Shown one piece after another: positions 1 through 8,273 of a DNA stretch of 64,000 nt (within the stretch, counting starts at the first letter, position 1; each line of letters begins with the position of its first letter). The position numbers and the translations under genes are program-made. Origin of the DNA: an uncultured Candidatus Poseidoniales archaeon (GTDB lineage: Archaea > Thermoplasmatota > Poseidoniia > Poseidoniales > Thalassarchaeaceae); contig CAXGWC010000004.1 of the NCBI GenBank assembly GCA_964013425.1, forward strand, positions 18,731 through 82,730, read 5' to 3'. The notes under the pieces were generated by a model that saw only the letters and a program-made list of their open reading frames with translations, was not told where the DNA came from and did no database searches.

Positions 1-3000
1 GAAGGGCCAAGACTACGACTACGCCAGCAAGCAGGAAGAGGATGTTTCCTCCAAACCATGCCGCCTCTCCAGCAGTGGGCCCATCGTCGATTGGAACAGG
101 CCTGAGGAGGGTTATCATGACCGTTCTGGATATCTTGTCTATGTCGGAATCAACATCTAGAGTCAATTCAAAAGTCATTGAGTTATCTGAGAGTGAGTCA
201 AGATTTTCCTCGGTGACTTCAAGAGTGACAACGATCAATCTAGTTGTATTTACATCCAGAACAAAATCCCTATCCTCTTGCTCGATTCTAGCATTCACTA
301 TATTGAAGAATAAATCCGAGTCCCTATCTACATCGGTTCTAACTAATTGTGCATCAGTAGGATGGTCATTTTTGACGGAGAATGTGAGCTCAATATCATT
401 ATCCGGTTCTGAGATGGTAACATCATTTGGAGGTAACAAAACAATCCATCCTTGGTCCCCTACGTGGAATTCGGCTATGCCAGTTCCTGATACGGATGGA
501 GAGTCGGGAGGGGACGCCTTGCTAGTAGCTATCATTGAGATTGTCCTGTCTCCGAAAGCTTCGTCATCGAATGAGTAAGTAACCGTGACATTGTATGACC
601 CACCTGAAGCGATGAATGGTGTCCTGAGTCCGTTCGAGTCCGAAACTAGGTTTATGGCCTCAGCAGAAACATCGGAGAGGTGGTTAAAATCGATGTAGAA
701 AGCGTCATCGACGTTACCATTATTTGTCACTTCCCAGTTTACCGTCCTCGGCGCGTCCCCTCCTCTGAAGACTTCTTGTAGCATGTCTAGGTCTTCTACC
801 TCAACTAAATGAGTCTCAGGAATTGTAAGATACACCCTTTTGGTCTGTTCAAATGTTGGATCAGATACACTTCTTGCAATTATCTTAATTTCATAAGTTT
901 CTGGCTCTAGGCCGTACGGCATCGGAAGCATCAGGAAGAAGGTTGAGTCACCCCCAAAAGGCGTGATCCCCAGAGTTCTATCCGTATTGAGAGATGCACC
1001 CAGTCTCCAGTTTGCATCCAGATACAGGTCGAAGGCCTCTTCAGAGTTACCATTGTTAACTAACAATACCTCTACTGACCTGAACACTCCATCGGCTGGA
1101 GCATCAAACTGTGTCACGAAGGGCATTACATCAATATCATACTGGACTGGAACTTCTATCTCAATCATTGGTGTGGACATAAATTGGGCTGGAGCCCTTC
1201 CGCTGGCGATCAATGTGATTTGGTACATCCCGGGTGGGATTTGATCGGGAGTCATGATCTTGGCAAATAAATCGAGCTCCTCATTGATGGCCAGGTCTAA
1301 GCTGGTCACCAAATCTCCTTCTGAATCATACCACTCGACATTTTCTGGCCCCCAGCTAGTATCTGCGAAAGATGCGCCCAGATTCCATGTCGCGATTTGA
1401 TTACCGGTATTCTTGAACTTCATTGGAATTGTTGCGTTTTCCCCAGGTAGAATAGTGGCGTCGGGATAAGCTAGAGTCTCAGGTTCCAGTTTGCAGGAGT
1501 AGGCGGCTTGAACGGATAAGGGTATGCCCCTTACTTCGGGTAGTCCAAGCGTTGCCTTGGTTGAATTTGTAGTGCCATCATTGATATCTACATACCACAT
1601 CATTTCCTGAACGATAGCGCCATCTGGGATGGTGATATTAAACCAGACATCTGTAGTTTCGAGAGCCTTGACAACATCTGTCACAACAAAATTATCATGA
1701 TCTACAGGATTATTCGAGTCGATTCTAATTGGATAGCCATACATCCAAGATTGGTTGGTTACTTCAGTGTAAAGCCTCAATGTAACATCAACGTATCCAT
1801 TGTTTGTTATCCTACAGTAGAGAGACTCAACCTCGGCTGGTACAACTAAGTAAGCGTTAGGGAGAGGGTCGTCGCAATCAACGTCCACTGTATACTGCGG
1901 AACCCTCTCTATGGCAAAGATTAGGAAAGAATCGATTGCTATTCCCCCGGATGCTTGAGAGCTATCCGAATCGAATTTGAATGCGAGATTGTACTCGCCG
2001 GTTTGATGTAATCCCGTCATATTCCAGACGCTCATTGACCAGTCATAATCGTTGGGAGAGAGGCCGAGATCGGTGTAATTGAATGACTCAACAGAGGAAG
2101 ATGCATCTGCTTCAATGCTTACGAAATCACCCGGGCCCATCTCTCCCCAAGCATAGGTGACCATCTGCATTGTTAGATAGTCAAATCCTCGTAAATTCAT
2201 CTTACAGAACCTTGAACCATACTTTTCAGACAACGACAGGTCCTGTATTCCATAACCGAGACCGTGCCCTGGGTCATCGCAATTCTGGAAAGGGGTAAAC
2301 CATCCCCACCAAAGTCTATCATGCCTGTTACTGGCATAATCAGAGTCCTCTCGAGCAACTCTCCAATGTTTATCCCCCTCAGCAGAATCGTCAGAGTCAA
2401 TCATCCTCCAATGGCCATAAGTATCCGGATCGGAGGATAATGAGCCGTCTGCCTCATAGCCGCCTCCAACCCAAACTGGCTCATTTGCATATGGAACATT
2501 TGGACAGTCATTCACGCCATCTCCATCTGTATCTCCACAAAATCCGTTATCCATTGAGTCATGCCAGATTGCAACAGGCATTAATCTAGTTAACTGGTTG
2601 TTGTCTTGGTTATCATCTGCCAGGCCACCATCTACCATGCCCATAAGTTGTATTCCTCCACTTAGGACCCCCTGATCGTCGAGTACACTGTGAGACATAT
2701 TTGGAATCCAAGTAATTTGTTGCACCACAGATTGTTGACCTGATAGCGTCATGTTGGAAGTGAACTCGTCTACCATGAATCCTACCGGGTGCCAGATTTG
2801 CAGAGATGCCTCAGCGTAAGCTGGCTGGCTAGAAGTTCCGGCTTGAGTGAATGTGACCTCTATCTGTATTTCCTGGCCTCTTATGACATATTCCTGGACA
2901 CTCCCGTCTGGTTGATTCCATTGCATGGCCTGATTTGAACCAGTTCCGAACTCGATTGAGGTTACCTCGAAGTCGATCAGGGATGACCTAGCTTGTACGG

Positions 3001-3103
3001 AGGACCCATTATCCAAATCAAGCTGATTGCCCTCTTCGAACATCGGAGCCATTGAGGTTACAAGTAACAACGAGCAGAGTAGCAGGGGAGTGAGGACACG
3101 CAT
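1..3103 (-). CDS. Large secreted cell-surface protein. The 3' end is truncated by the window edge. It has a signal peptide, repeated CARDB/NEW3-like beta-sandwich modules and the start of a C-terminal TM anchor.
   Basis: Absent from the ORF track because it is edge-truncated. My manual minus-strand translation from the ATG at 3101-3103 (MRVLTPLLLCSLLLVTSMAPMFEEG...) stays open down to position 2. The N-terminus is a typical signal peptide. Motifs recur that are typical of adhesin-like Ig-fold repeats: CRITNNGYVDVTL, KFKNTGNQIATW, LLVNNGNSEEAF, EVTNNGNVDDAF. The last residues in the window (AAWFGGNILFLLAGVVVVLAL) are hydrophobic. Confidence 0.7.
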   Translation of the reverse strand, partial: MRVLTPLLLCSLLLVTSMAPMFEEGNQLDLDNGSSVQARSSLIDFEVTSIEFGTGSNQAMQWNQPDGSVQEYVIRGQEIQIEVTFTQAGTSSQPAYAEASLQIWHPVGFMVDEFTSNMTLSGQQSVVQQITWIPNMSHSVLDDQGVLSGGIQLMGMVDGGLADDNQDNNQLTRLMPVAIWHDSMDNGFCGDTDGDGVNDCPNVPYANEPVWVGGGYEADGSLSSDPDTYGHWRMIDSDDSAEGDKHWRVAREDSDYASNRHDRLWWGWFTPFQNCDDPGHGLGYGIQDLSLSEKYGSRFCKMNLRGFDYLTMQMVTYAWGEMGPGDFVSIEADASSSVESFNYTDLGLSPNDYDWSMSVWNMTGLHQTGEYNLAFKFDSDSSQASGGIAIDSFLIFAIERVPQYTVDVDCDDPLPNAYLVVPAEVESLYCRITNNGYVDVTLRLYTEVTNQSWMYGYPIRIDSNNPVDHDNFVVTDVVKALETTDVWFNITIPDGAIVQEMMWYVDINDGTTNSTKATLGLPEVRGIPLSVQAAYSCKLEPETLAYPDATILPGENATIPMKFKNTGNQIATWNLGASFADTSWGPENVEWYDSEGDLVTSLDLAINEELDLFAKIMTPDQIPPGMYQITLIASGRAPAQFMSTPMIEIEVPVQYDIDVMPFVTQFDAPADGVFRSVEVLLVNNGNSEEAFDLYLDANWRLGASLNTDRTLGITPFGGDSTFFLMLPMPYGLEPETYEIKIIARSVSDPTFEQTKRVYLTIPETHLVEVEDLDMLQEVFRGGDAPRTVNWEVTNNGNVDDAFYIDFNHLSDVSAEAINLVSDSNGLRTPFIASGGSYNVTVTYSFDDEAFGDRTISMIATSKASPPDSPSVSGTGIAEFHVGDQGWIVLLPPNDVTISEPDNDIELTFSVKNDHPTDAQLVRTDVDRDSDLFFNIVNARIEQEDRDFVLDVNTTRLIVVTLEVTEENLDSLSDNSMTFELTLDVDSDIDKISRTVMITLLRPVPIDDGPTAGEAAWFGGNILFLLAGVVVVLAL

Positions 3104-3262
3104 ACTAACATAATTGGGGACTTAGCTACATGTATGAAGGTTGGGACATTGCGTTCAACTTGAGAATAAACGTAGTCGGGGCTTATGATAAGGTGGAATA
3201 AGTCGCGAGAATACTAGCACAGGTAGTGAAGAGCTTATGTTGGCTTACGTATGCGTTGATTC

Positions 3263-4360
3263 ATGAGTGAAGATCAGTCACTAAAGAATAGGCTGACTCT
3301 ATCGTTATTGGTTCTGTTACAGGTGACCTTGATACCTATTTTTGGATTCTCCACTAGGTACCTTTTCGAAATTGATAGGGAGGGCTTCTCCGTTACAGTG
3401 AAGACTAATCTAATTGAGTGGATTGTCGTTTCTGGGGTCTTGTATGGTGTTTTCTCACTATTCCTAGCTCTATGTTTGGGAGGATTCAGGCCTTACTTTG
3501 TGATCAATAGAGGCGGTTTGGCATCTTTCCTAGGACTCAGAATAAGAAAGGGGGATCCAGAGCTAGTCGATAGATCAAGGCTCTCAGTAGGCTCCAGCCC
3601 ATATGGAAAGATGGCCAAATTAGTGGACCGGAGAGTAAGTAGAGACGGTTATGATTTGATTGCAGTCCATGGGGGGCTACAACTAATTGCGGTTCCATTA
3701 CAGATTCTACTAATTGCCGTTCCATTGGCCATTATCGAGGGTTTTCCTAGCTCCTTAATAAGATCGGGGAGCGCTTTCGAGCTTGGTATGGCTGGCTATC
3801 TAGCATCACTGTGGTTGGCAATGAAGATTCAGCCAATTATTTCCAACCATCTAGTCGGTTTCGCTTCCGTCCTCAGAACGGTGATATGGAGATTCTCAAT
3901 TTTCTCATGGGTTCTTCCAATAGTCATTTTCTGGTATGCTGCTAGAATGCTACTTGAGGCATCTCTCGGGTGGCTGGAACTTGACTATGCAGACTGGAAT
4001 GACCTACAAATAGATGCTATGGTTCTTGGCTTTATTTCTCCTGATGCCGAAATACCGAAAAGTGCCGTTATTGATTTCCTGATTGCAATATCTGTTCTTC
4101 CTTTGGCAACTTTTACATCTATTTCAGTTCTTGGTGGTTCTAACGGCATTCCGGATTGGATGCTAGACCAGGAAGAGCGTTTGGAGAATCTACAGATGGA
4201 ATCACTGGAGGCACCCAAGTCTGAGATGGAACATGAATTGATTCCATCACTGACAGATGAAGGAGAGTCTTCGGACGCAATCGAGATGGAGGAGGGGAGC
4301 CCCCAGGGGGGGATGATTGACCTACCATTCGAATTATTCGGTAGGGACGGGGAAGACTAG
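3263..4360 (+). CDS. Hypothetical polytopic membrane protein with an acidic C-terminal tail
   Basis: 365-aa ORF with several long hydrophobic segments and a Glu/Asp-rich tail (LTDEGESSDAIEMEEG...). I recognise no family motif. Confidence 0.55.
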   Translation: MSEDQSLKNRLTLSLLVLLQVTLIPIFGFSTRYLFEIDREGFSVTVKTNLIEWIVVSGVLYGVFSLFLALCLGGFRPYFVINRGGLASFLGLRIRKGDPELVDRSRLSVGSSPYGKMAKLVDRRVSRDGYDLIAVHGGLQLIAVPLQILLIAVPLAIIEGFPSSLIRSGSAFELGMAGYLASLWLAMKIQPIISNHLVGFASVLRTVIWRFSIFSWVLPIVIFWYAARMLLEASLGWLELDYADWNDLQIDAMVLGFISPDAEIPKSAVIDFLIAISVLPLATFTSISVLGGSNGIPDWMLDQEERLENLQMESLEAPKSEMEHELIPSLTDEGESSDAIEMEEGSPQGGMIDLPFELFGRDGED

Positions 4361-4570
4361 ATCCGATGTTCGATTTAGAAGGAACCATCCTGAGCCAATG
4401 ACCATTCCAAACATTATCGGATTAGGTCCTGAAATCCACAATTGGGAGCCAGCGAAGATTAGGATTAGTGCGCATAGTGACAGTTCAATTGCTGGTCCTC
4501 TTGGAGTGAAAAAACTGGGAACATACCAGGAGAATATAGCAGATATAATTAGGTAAGCTAAGGAAATCAA
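4334..4570 (-). CDS. Possible small three-TM membrane protein (78 aa)
   Basis: The ORF starts 10 nt downstream of the aminotransferase stop on the same strand. The translation shows three clean hydrophobic helices (MISLAYLIISAIFSWYVPSFF, ELSLCALILIFAGSQLWISG, IMFGMVIGSGWFLL). It overlaps the 3' end of the convergent gene by 27 nt. There is no homology evidence. Confidence 0.35.
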   Translation of the reverse strand: MISLAYLIISAIFSWYVPSFFTPRGPAIELSLCALILIFAGSQLWISGPNPIMFGMVIGSGWFLLNRTSDLVFPVPTE

Positions 4571-4579
4571 GTTGGACCC

Positions 4580-5731
4580 TCACAGATTCCCACGTAAGTC
4601 AGTCAGGATTTTCTCCACTCTGTCCATTCCTTTGGAAATATCATCCCTTGATATGGTGTAAGCGAATCTGAGATGGCCCTCTCCTGCCGAGCCAAAGGCT
4701 GTTCCAGGAGAACAGAGAACTCCCCCTTCGAGTAATGCCATAGCGATTTCCTCACTGGACATTCCCGGAACATCTACCTTTGGGAAAACATAGAATGCAC
4801 CTGTCGGAACATGGCAAGATACCCCTGGGATAGAATTCAACCTTTCACAGATTAAATCCCTTCTTTCTTTGAATTCCTTGCACATCGACTCGGGATACTC
4901 CGGAGCTTTCTCCAAGGCCTCGAGAACAGCATGTTGCATTGCATCATTACTACATGCTGTAACATAATATTGCATTTTTGTCAATTGCGCCATAGCCTCT
5001 TTGTCTGGCGACAAAAGATACCCTATTCTCCACCCAGTCATAGCGAAGGTCTTGGAGAATGATTGCACCATGATCACCTTATCATAGCCAGCTCCGATGA
5101 AGGAAACATGTGGAGCGTCGTAGACAATTCTGTCATATACCTCATCGGTAATTATCCATAGGTCGTGCTTCATTGCAAATGCCACTAGCTCGTCCCTTTG
5201 CTCGGGGTTCACGTTACCTCCGGTTGGATTGCTGGGGAAATTATAGAGAATGGCGACTGTAGAGTCATTGACTCTATCTTCCAAGTCATCAATTGTAGGG
5301 ACAAAACCATTCTCAAACCTACATGGATAAAGATTTGGAGAACCCCCGCATATCTCCACATCGGGAGGATAGAGGGGGAAATATGGTTCTGGAATCAGAA
5401 CGTTATCCCCCGGATTGACCAAAGCCAGAAATATATCCAGAAGTCCATTCGTTCCGCTCATTGTGATGCATATATTGGATTCATCAAGCTCAGGCACGAG
5501 ATGGTGCCAGAGTGATGCAATTTTGGCCCTTAGATCGGGATGGCCGGCAGTGGTGGTATACTTGTTCCTGCCATCTCTCATAGCCTTATCAAAAGCTTCT
5601 ATCGCCAACTGTGGTGGTTGAAAGTCTGGCTCCCCTAACCCGAACTGTATAGTGTCATCTCCAGCCATGTCAAACATACGCCTCACACCGGTTGGCCGGA
5701 TGCTGTTCGCCCGGTCGGAGAAGCGCACCAT
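4580..5731 (-). CDS. Class I/II PLP-dependent aminotransferase (aspartate/aromatic aminotransferase-like)
   Basis: 383 aa. Carries the PLP-lysine motif SFSKTFAMTGWRIGY, NFPSNPTG and the N-terminal FGLGEPDF, all typical of the AspC-family fold type I. Confidence 0.9.
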   Translation of the reverse strand: MVRFSDRANSIRPTGVRRMFDMAGDDTIQFGLGEPDFQPPQLAIEAFDKAMRDGRNKYTTTAGHPDLRAKIASLWHHLVPELDESNICITMSGTNGLLDIFLALVNPGDNVLIPEPYFPLYPPDVEICGGSPNLYPCRFENGFVPTIDDLEDRVNDSTVAILYNFPSNPTGGNVNPEQRDELVAFAMKHDLWIITDEVYDRIVYDAPHVSFIGAGYDKVIMVQSFSKTFAMTGWRIGYLLSPDKEAMAQLTKMQYYVTACSNDAMQHAVLEALEKAPEYPESMCKEFKERRDLICERLNSIPGVSCHVPTGAFYVFPKVDVPGMSSEEIAMALLEGGVLCSPGTAFGSAGEGHLRFAYTISRDDISKGMDRVEKILTDLRGNL

Positions 5732-5782
5732 GTGCCTTTGAGAGGTGACCTAGGCTTTGAAGAAGGCGGAAGTATGCCCTCC

Positions 5783-7963
5783 CTATTTCTCGGAGTCGGA
5801 CTCAATAATCTCTGCATCCATTATAGCTTGGTTTTCTCCATTGCCCGGCTTACTCAGCAAATCATTGACAATACTGATAGTAGCCAACGGAGAAAACGAG
5901 CGGGTTAAGGCGATAGAGGATACCCATCCCACAGATACTAGAATAATCACGCCAACCAATACAGGAGAGATTGATAGGGAATCGGATGACGATCCAGTCA
6001 CATTGAATTCAAAGAAAACTGGTAGTGAATGAGATAGCCCAGAGACGGCGTGAACCTCTACAGAATGCTCCCCTGGCGACATTTCATTGGTGTCAAGTAT
6101 CACATGCCAATCGAATGGAGTCAATGCCCCTATTTCCGACGGAATATCGGAGTAAGTCGCCTCTGACCACTGACCTCCATCAATTCTGAATTCTACTCGA
6201 TCAACGACGCCATCTTGCCCCCATGCATGTCCCGTCATATTCAGAAGTCCTCCATTTTCAGAGGGAGCCGTGACGTTGAGTAGGTGATTTTGAATTGTCT
6301 CCTTAATAGATTCCGTCTGCCCACTTTCTCGAAGAAATAAAGCTAGTTCCACTGCGGCTAATGCATCTACCATGCCGTAACCAAATTCACGATTCCAATA
6401 TGGGTCAATTTCCGGTGCGCTTGGCTCGCCCCGTCTTTCAGATGTATGCTTAAGAATCTCCTTAATCTGTAGAGGAGTTAGATTCTCATTGGCCTCCCAT
6501 ATGAGAGCAACAATTCCGGTAACCGCAGGGGCGGCATATGATGTTCCACTGCCTCTTCCAGTGTATGTATTGTCCGAGGCATCACCTCCTACGAAATTAT
6601 TGCATCCCCCGCTCGAAACGCAACCCTCGGCTTGGATGATATTCGTACCCGGGGCGCTTATCTCGGGAATTAGCTCATTCAAAGGATTCTGGTCTCCATT
6701 ATCCTTCCTTGGCCCTCTTGAAGAGTAGCTGGCAATGGTATCATCATCTCTATCAATAGTATTCTTATCGTCAGTTGAGGCGACTGTGATGGAGAGCGAG
6801 GACGCACTCATTCCAGACAGGCCATCATTATTTTCGCCGTCATTTCCGGCCGCATTTGATACTGCAACCCCTAGTTCCATGGCCTCATCGAGAATTCTAC
6901 TGTGCATATCAGTACCATCTGAACCCCCGTCTTCATGGCTGGTGATGCCCCAAGAAAGAGAGATTATGTCTATGCCATGATTTTCCTCTGGAACGCCGGG
7001 CCATGCGTCATCCCTATGATCAATAATCCATTGTAGGCCGTTCATTGCAGACTCATAGAATTCCTGTTCTAATGCATAATTCTCGAATGGTCCGGCACCG
7101 ACGTCTGTGCCAATTCTGACATCAACTAGCATAGAGTCTGGTGCGGAACCATAGAAATCTGTCTGCGTGCCGTCGGCATCGATACCACTAGCACTGGCCA
7201 TACCCATGCAAGCAGTACCGTGCTGGTTTCCATCGTCCGGGTCGAATGAACCGTCGTCCTGTCTGCCACCTGCCAGGATACATTGTGGGTCGGAGTGTAC
7301 AAAACATACGGCGTCGTAACCTGCCACAAATTTGCCACTCAGGCCAGGGTGTTCGTTGTCTACCCCTGTATCTACCATGGCTATATTCATCCCACTGCCA
7401 GTAACTCCCAGATCCCATGCTCCGATGGGATACTCAGTTGAGTTCCTTGCTTTGACAGCAGGTGTTTGAATATCCCCGAAGAAGCTCAGTGAGCCGTATC
7501 TCTCCACCATTACGACACCCTCGACATCAGCCAGACTCCAGATATGAGAGGAGTTGACATCTCCCAGCAAAAGTGCGTTTACAGTTGGAAGTTCAACATT
7601 TACAGAATAGCCTAGTGAGGTGAGTAAATCAATATCGCCCTGCAAGACTGGTCTCGAATATGAAAGGCCGATATTTACGGTTCCTTCTGCAGATTGTAGC
7701 GAGTCATGAATCCCATTCTTGTCTCTGTCCAAGGAGGTATGGTCCCACCAATCGGCATCATAATCCCACCAAATAGGGCCTTGAAGTGGGACGCTATCCA
7801 TGTGTCCCGACTCAATTCTTTGAACGTCTTCTGCCCTGTCTAGTGACTCTGCTTCATCCATCCCAGGTGCCGCTATGCTCCCTGCCAGAGGCGACAGGAG
7901 AATGATAACCAGAGAAACTGCGATTGAACCACGTCCCATGTCTCTCAGCGAGACAGTAATCAT
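5783..7963 (-). CDS. Secreted subtilisin-like serine protease (peptidase S8) with a C-terminal TM anchor
   Basis: Signal peptide present. Catalytic triad contexts are MVDTGVD (Asp), HGTACMG (His) and GTSYAAPAVTG (Ser), with the oxyanion Asn in SNAAGND. There is a C-terminal hydrophobic helix (VLVGVIILVSVGWV) followed by an acidic tail. Confidence 0.9.
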   Translation of the reverse strand: MITVSLRDMGRGSIAVSLVIILLSPLAGSIAAPGMDEAESLDRAEDVQRIESGHMDSVPLQGPIWWDYDADWWDHTSLDRDKNGIHDSLQSAEGTVNIGLSYSRPVLQGDIDLLTSLGYSVNVELPTVNALLLGDVNSSHIWSLADVEGVVMVERYGSLSFFGDIQTPAVKARNSTEYPIGAWDLGVTGSGMNIAMVDTGVDNEHPGLSGKFVAGYDAVCFVHSDPQCILAGGRQDDGSFDPDDGNQHGTACMGMASASGIDADGTQTDFYGSAPDSMLVDVRIGTDVGAGPFENYALEQEFYESAMNGLQWIIDHRDDAWPGVPEENHGIDIISLSWGITSHEDGGSDGTDMHSRILDEAMELGVAVSNAAGNDGENNDGLSGMSASSLSITVASTDDKNTIDRDDDTIASYSSRGPRKDNGDQNPLNELIPEISAPGTNIIQAEGCVSSGGCNNFVGGDASDNTYTGRGSGTSYAAPAVTGIVALIWEANENLTPLQIKEILKHTSERRGEPSAPEIDPYWNREFGYGMVDALAAVELALFLRESGQTESIKETIQNHLLNVTAPSENGGLLNMTGHAWGQDGVVDRVEFRIDGGQWSEATYSDIPSEIGALTPFDWHVILDTNEMSPGEHSVEVHAVSGLSHSLPVFFEFNVTGSSSDSLSISPVLVGVIILVSVGWVSSIALTRSFSPLATISIVNDLLSKPGNGENQAIMDAEIIESDSEK

Positions 7964-8017
7964 CCATCAACTAAACGCCTCTTGGAGTCGATTCAAATCA
8001 AAGATTGGGGGATTTTA

Positions 8018-8206
8018 TGGTGGGGGCACTGGGATTTGAACCCAGATCAGCGGGTGTCTCCCACTTTAGCGTGCACCCGGCAAGCGCACGCTCTCGGGTT
8101 GCGACGGGTCGGTGCTCCAGTTGGTCATCAGATCCATCAGATACCCACTCGTCGTCATTCCCGTGCAACTGGAGCCCGCGGTACTACCAGGTTATACTAT
8201 ACCCCC
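8018..8206 (-). tRNA. tRNA-Trp (anticodon CCA) with an intron of about 113 nt at the canonical 37/38 position
   Basis: Minus-strand cloverleaf. Acceptor GGGGGUA/UGCCCCC. Anticodon stem GCGGG/CCCGC with loop CU-CCA-G...A. T arm CUGGG-UUCAAAU-CCCAG. Discriminator A with encoded CCA (8018-8020). The insertion at 8056-8168 follows nt 37. Confidence 0.85.
8056..8168 (-). ncRNA. pre-tRNA-Trp intron carrying a box C/D-like guide RNA
   Basis: Reading the intron 5'->3': box C-like AUGACGA (8158-8152), D' CUGA (8140-8137), C' UGAUGA (8130-8125), and degenerate D CCGA (8112-8109). The guide CAACUGGAGC (8123-8114) is perfectly complementary to GCUCCAGUUG of the anticodon loop and intron junction (8175-8166). 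This places C34 opposite the 5th nucleotide upstream of the D-like box. Confidence 0.5.
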
Positions 8207-8273
8207 TTAGGAGTAACCATCCGTAGCGCCTCACTCTTATGATGCTCTCGGTCATGACGACTCAGAAGACGCC

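Noticed and set aside
3683-3726. 17-bp direct repeat (ctaattgcggttccatt / ctaattgccgttccatt) spaced 27 bp apart
   Set aside because: It lies in-frame within the 3263-4360 membrane protein and encodes LIAVPL twice inside a TM segment. It is a small internal duplication with no sign of a mobile-element end or att site.
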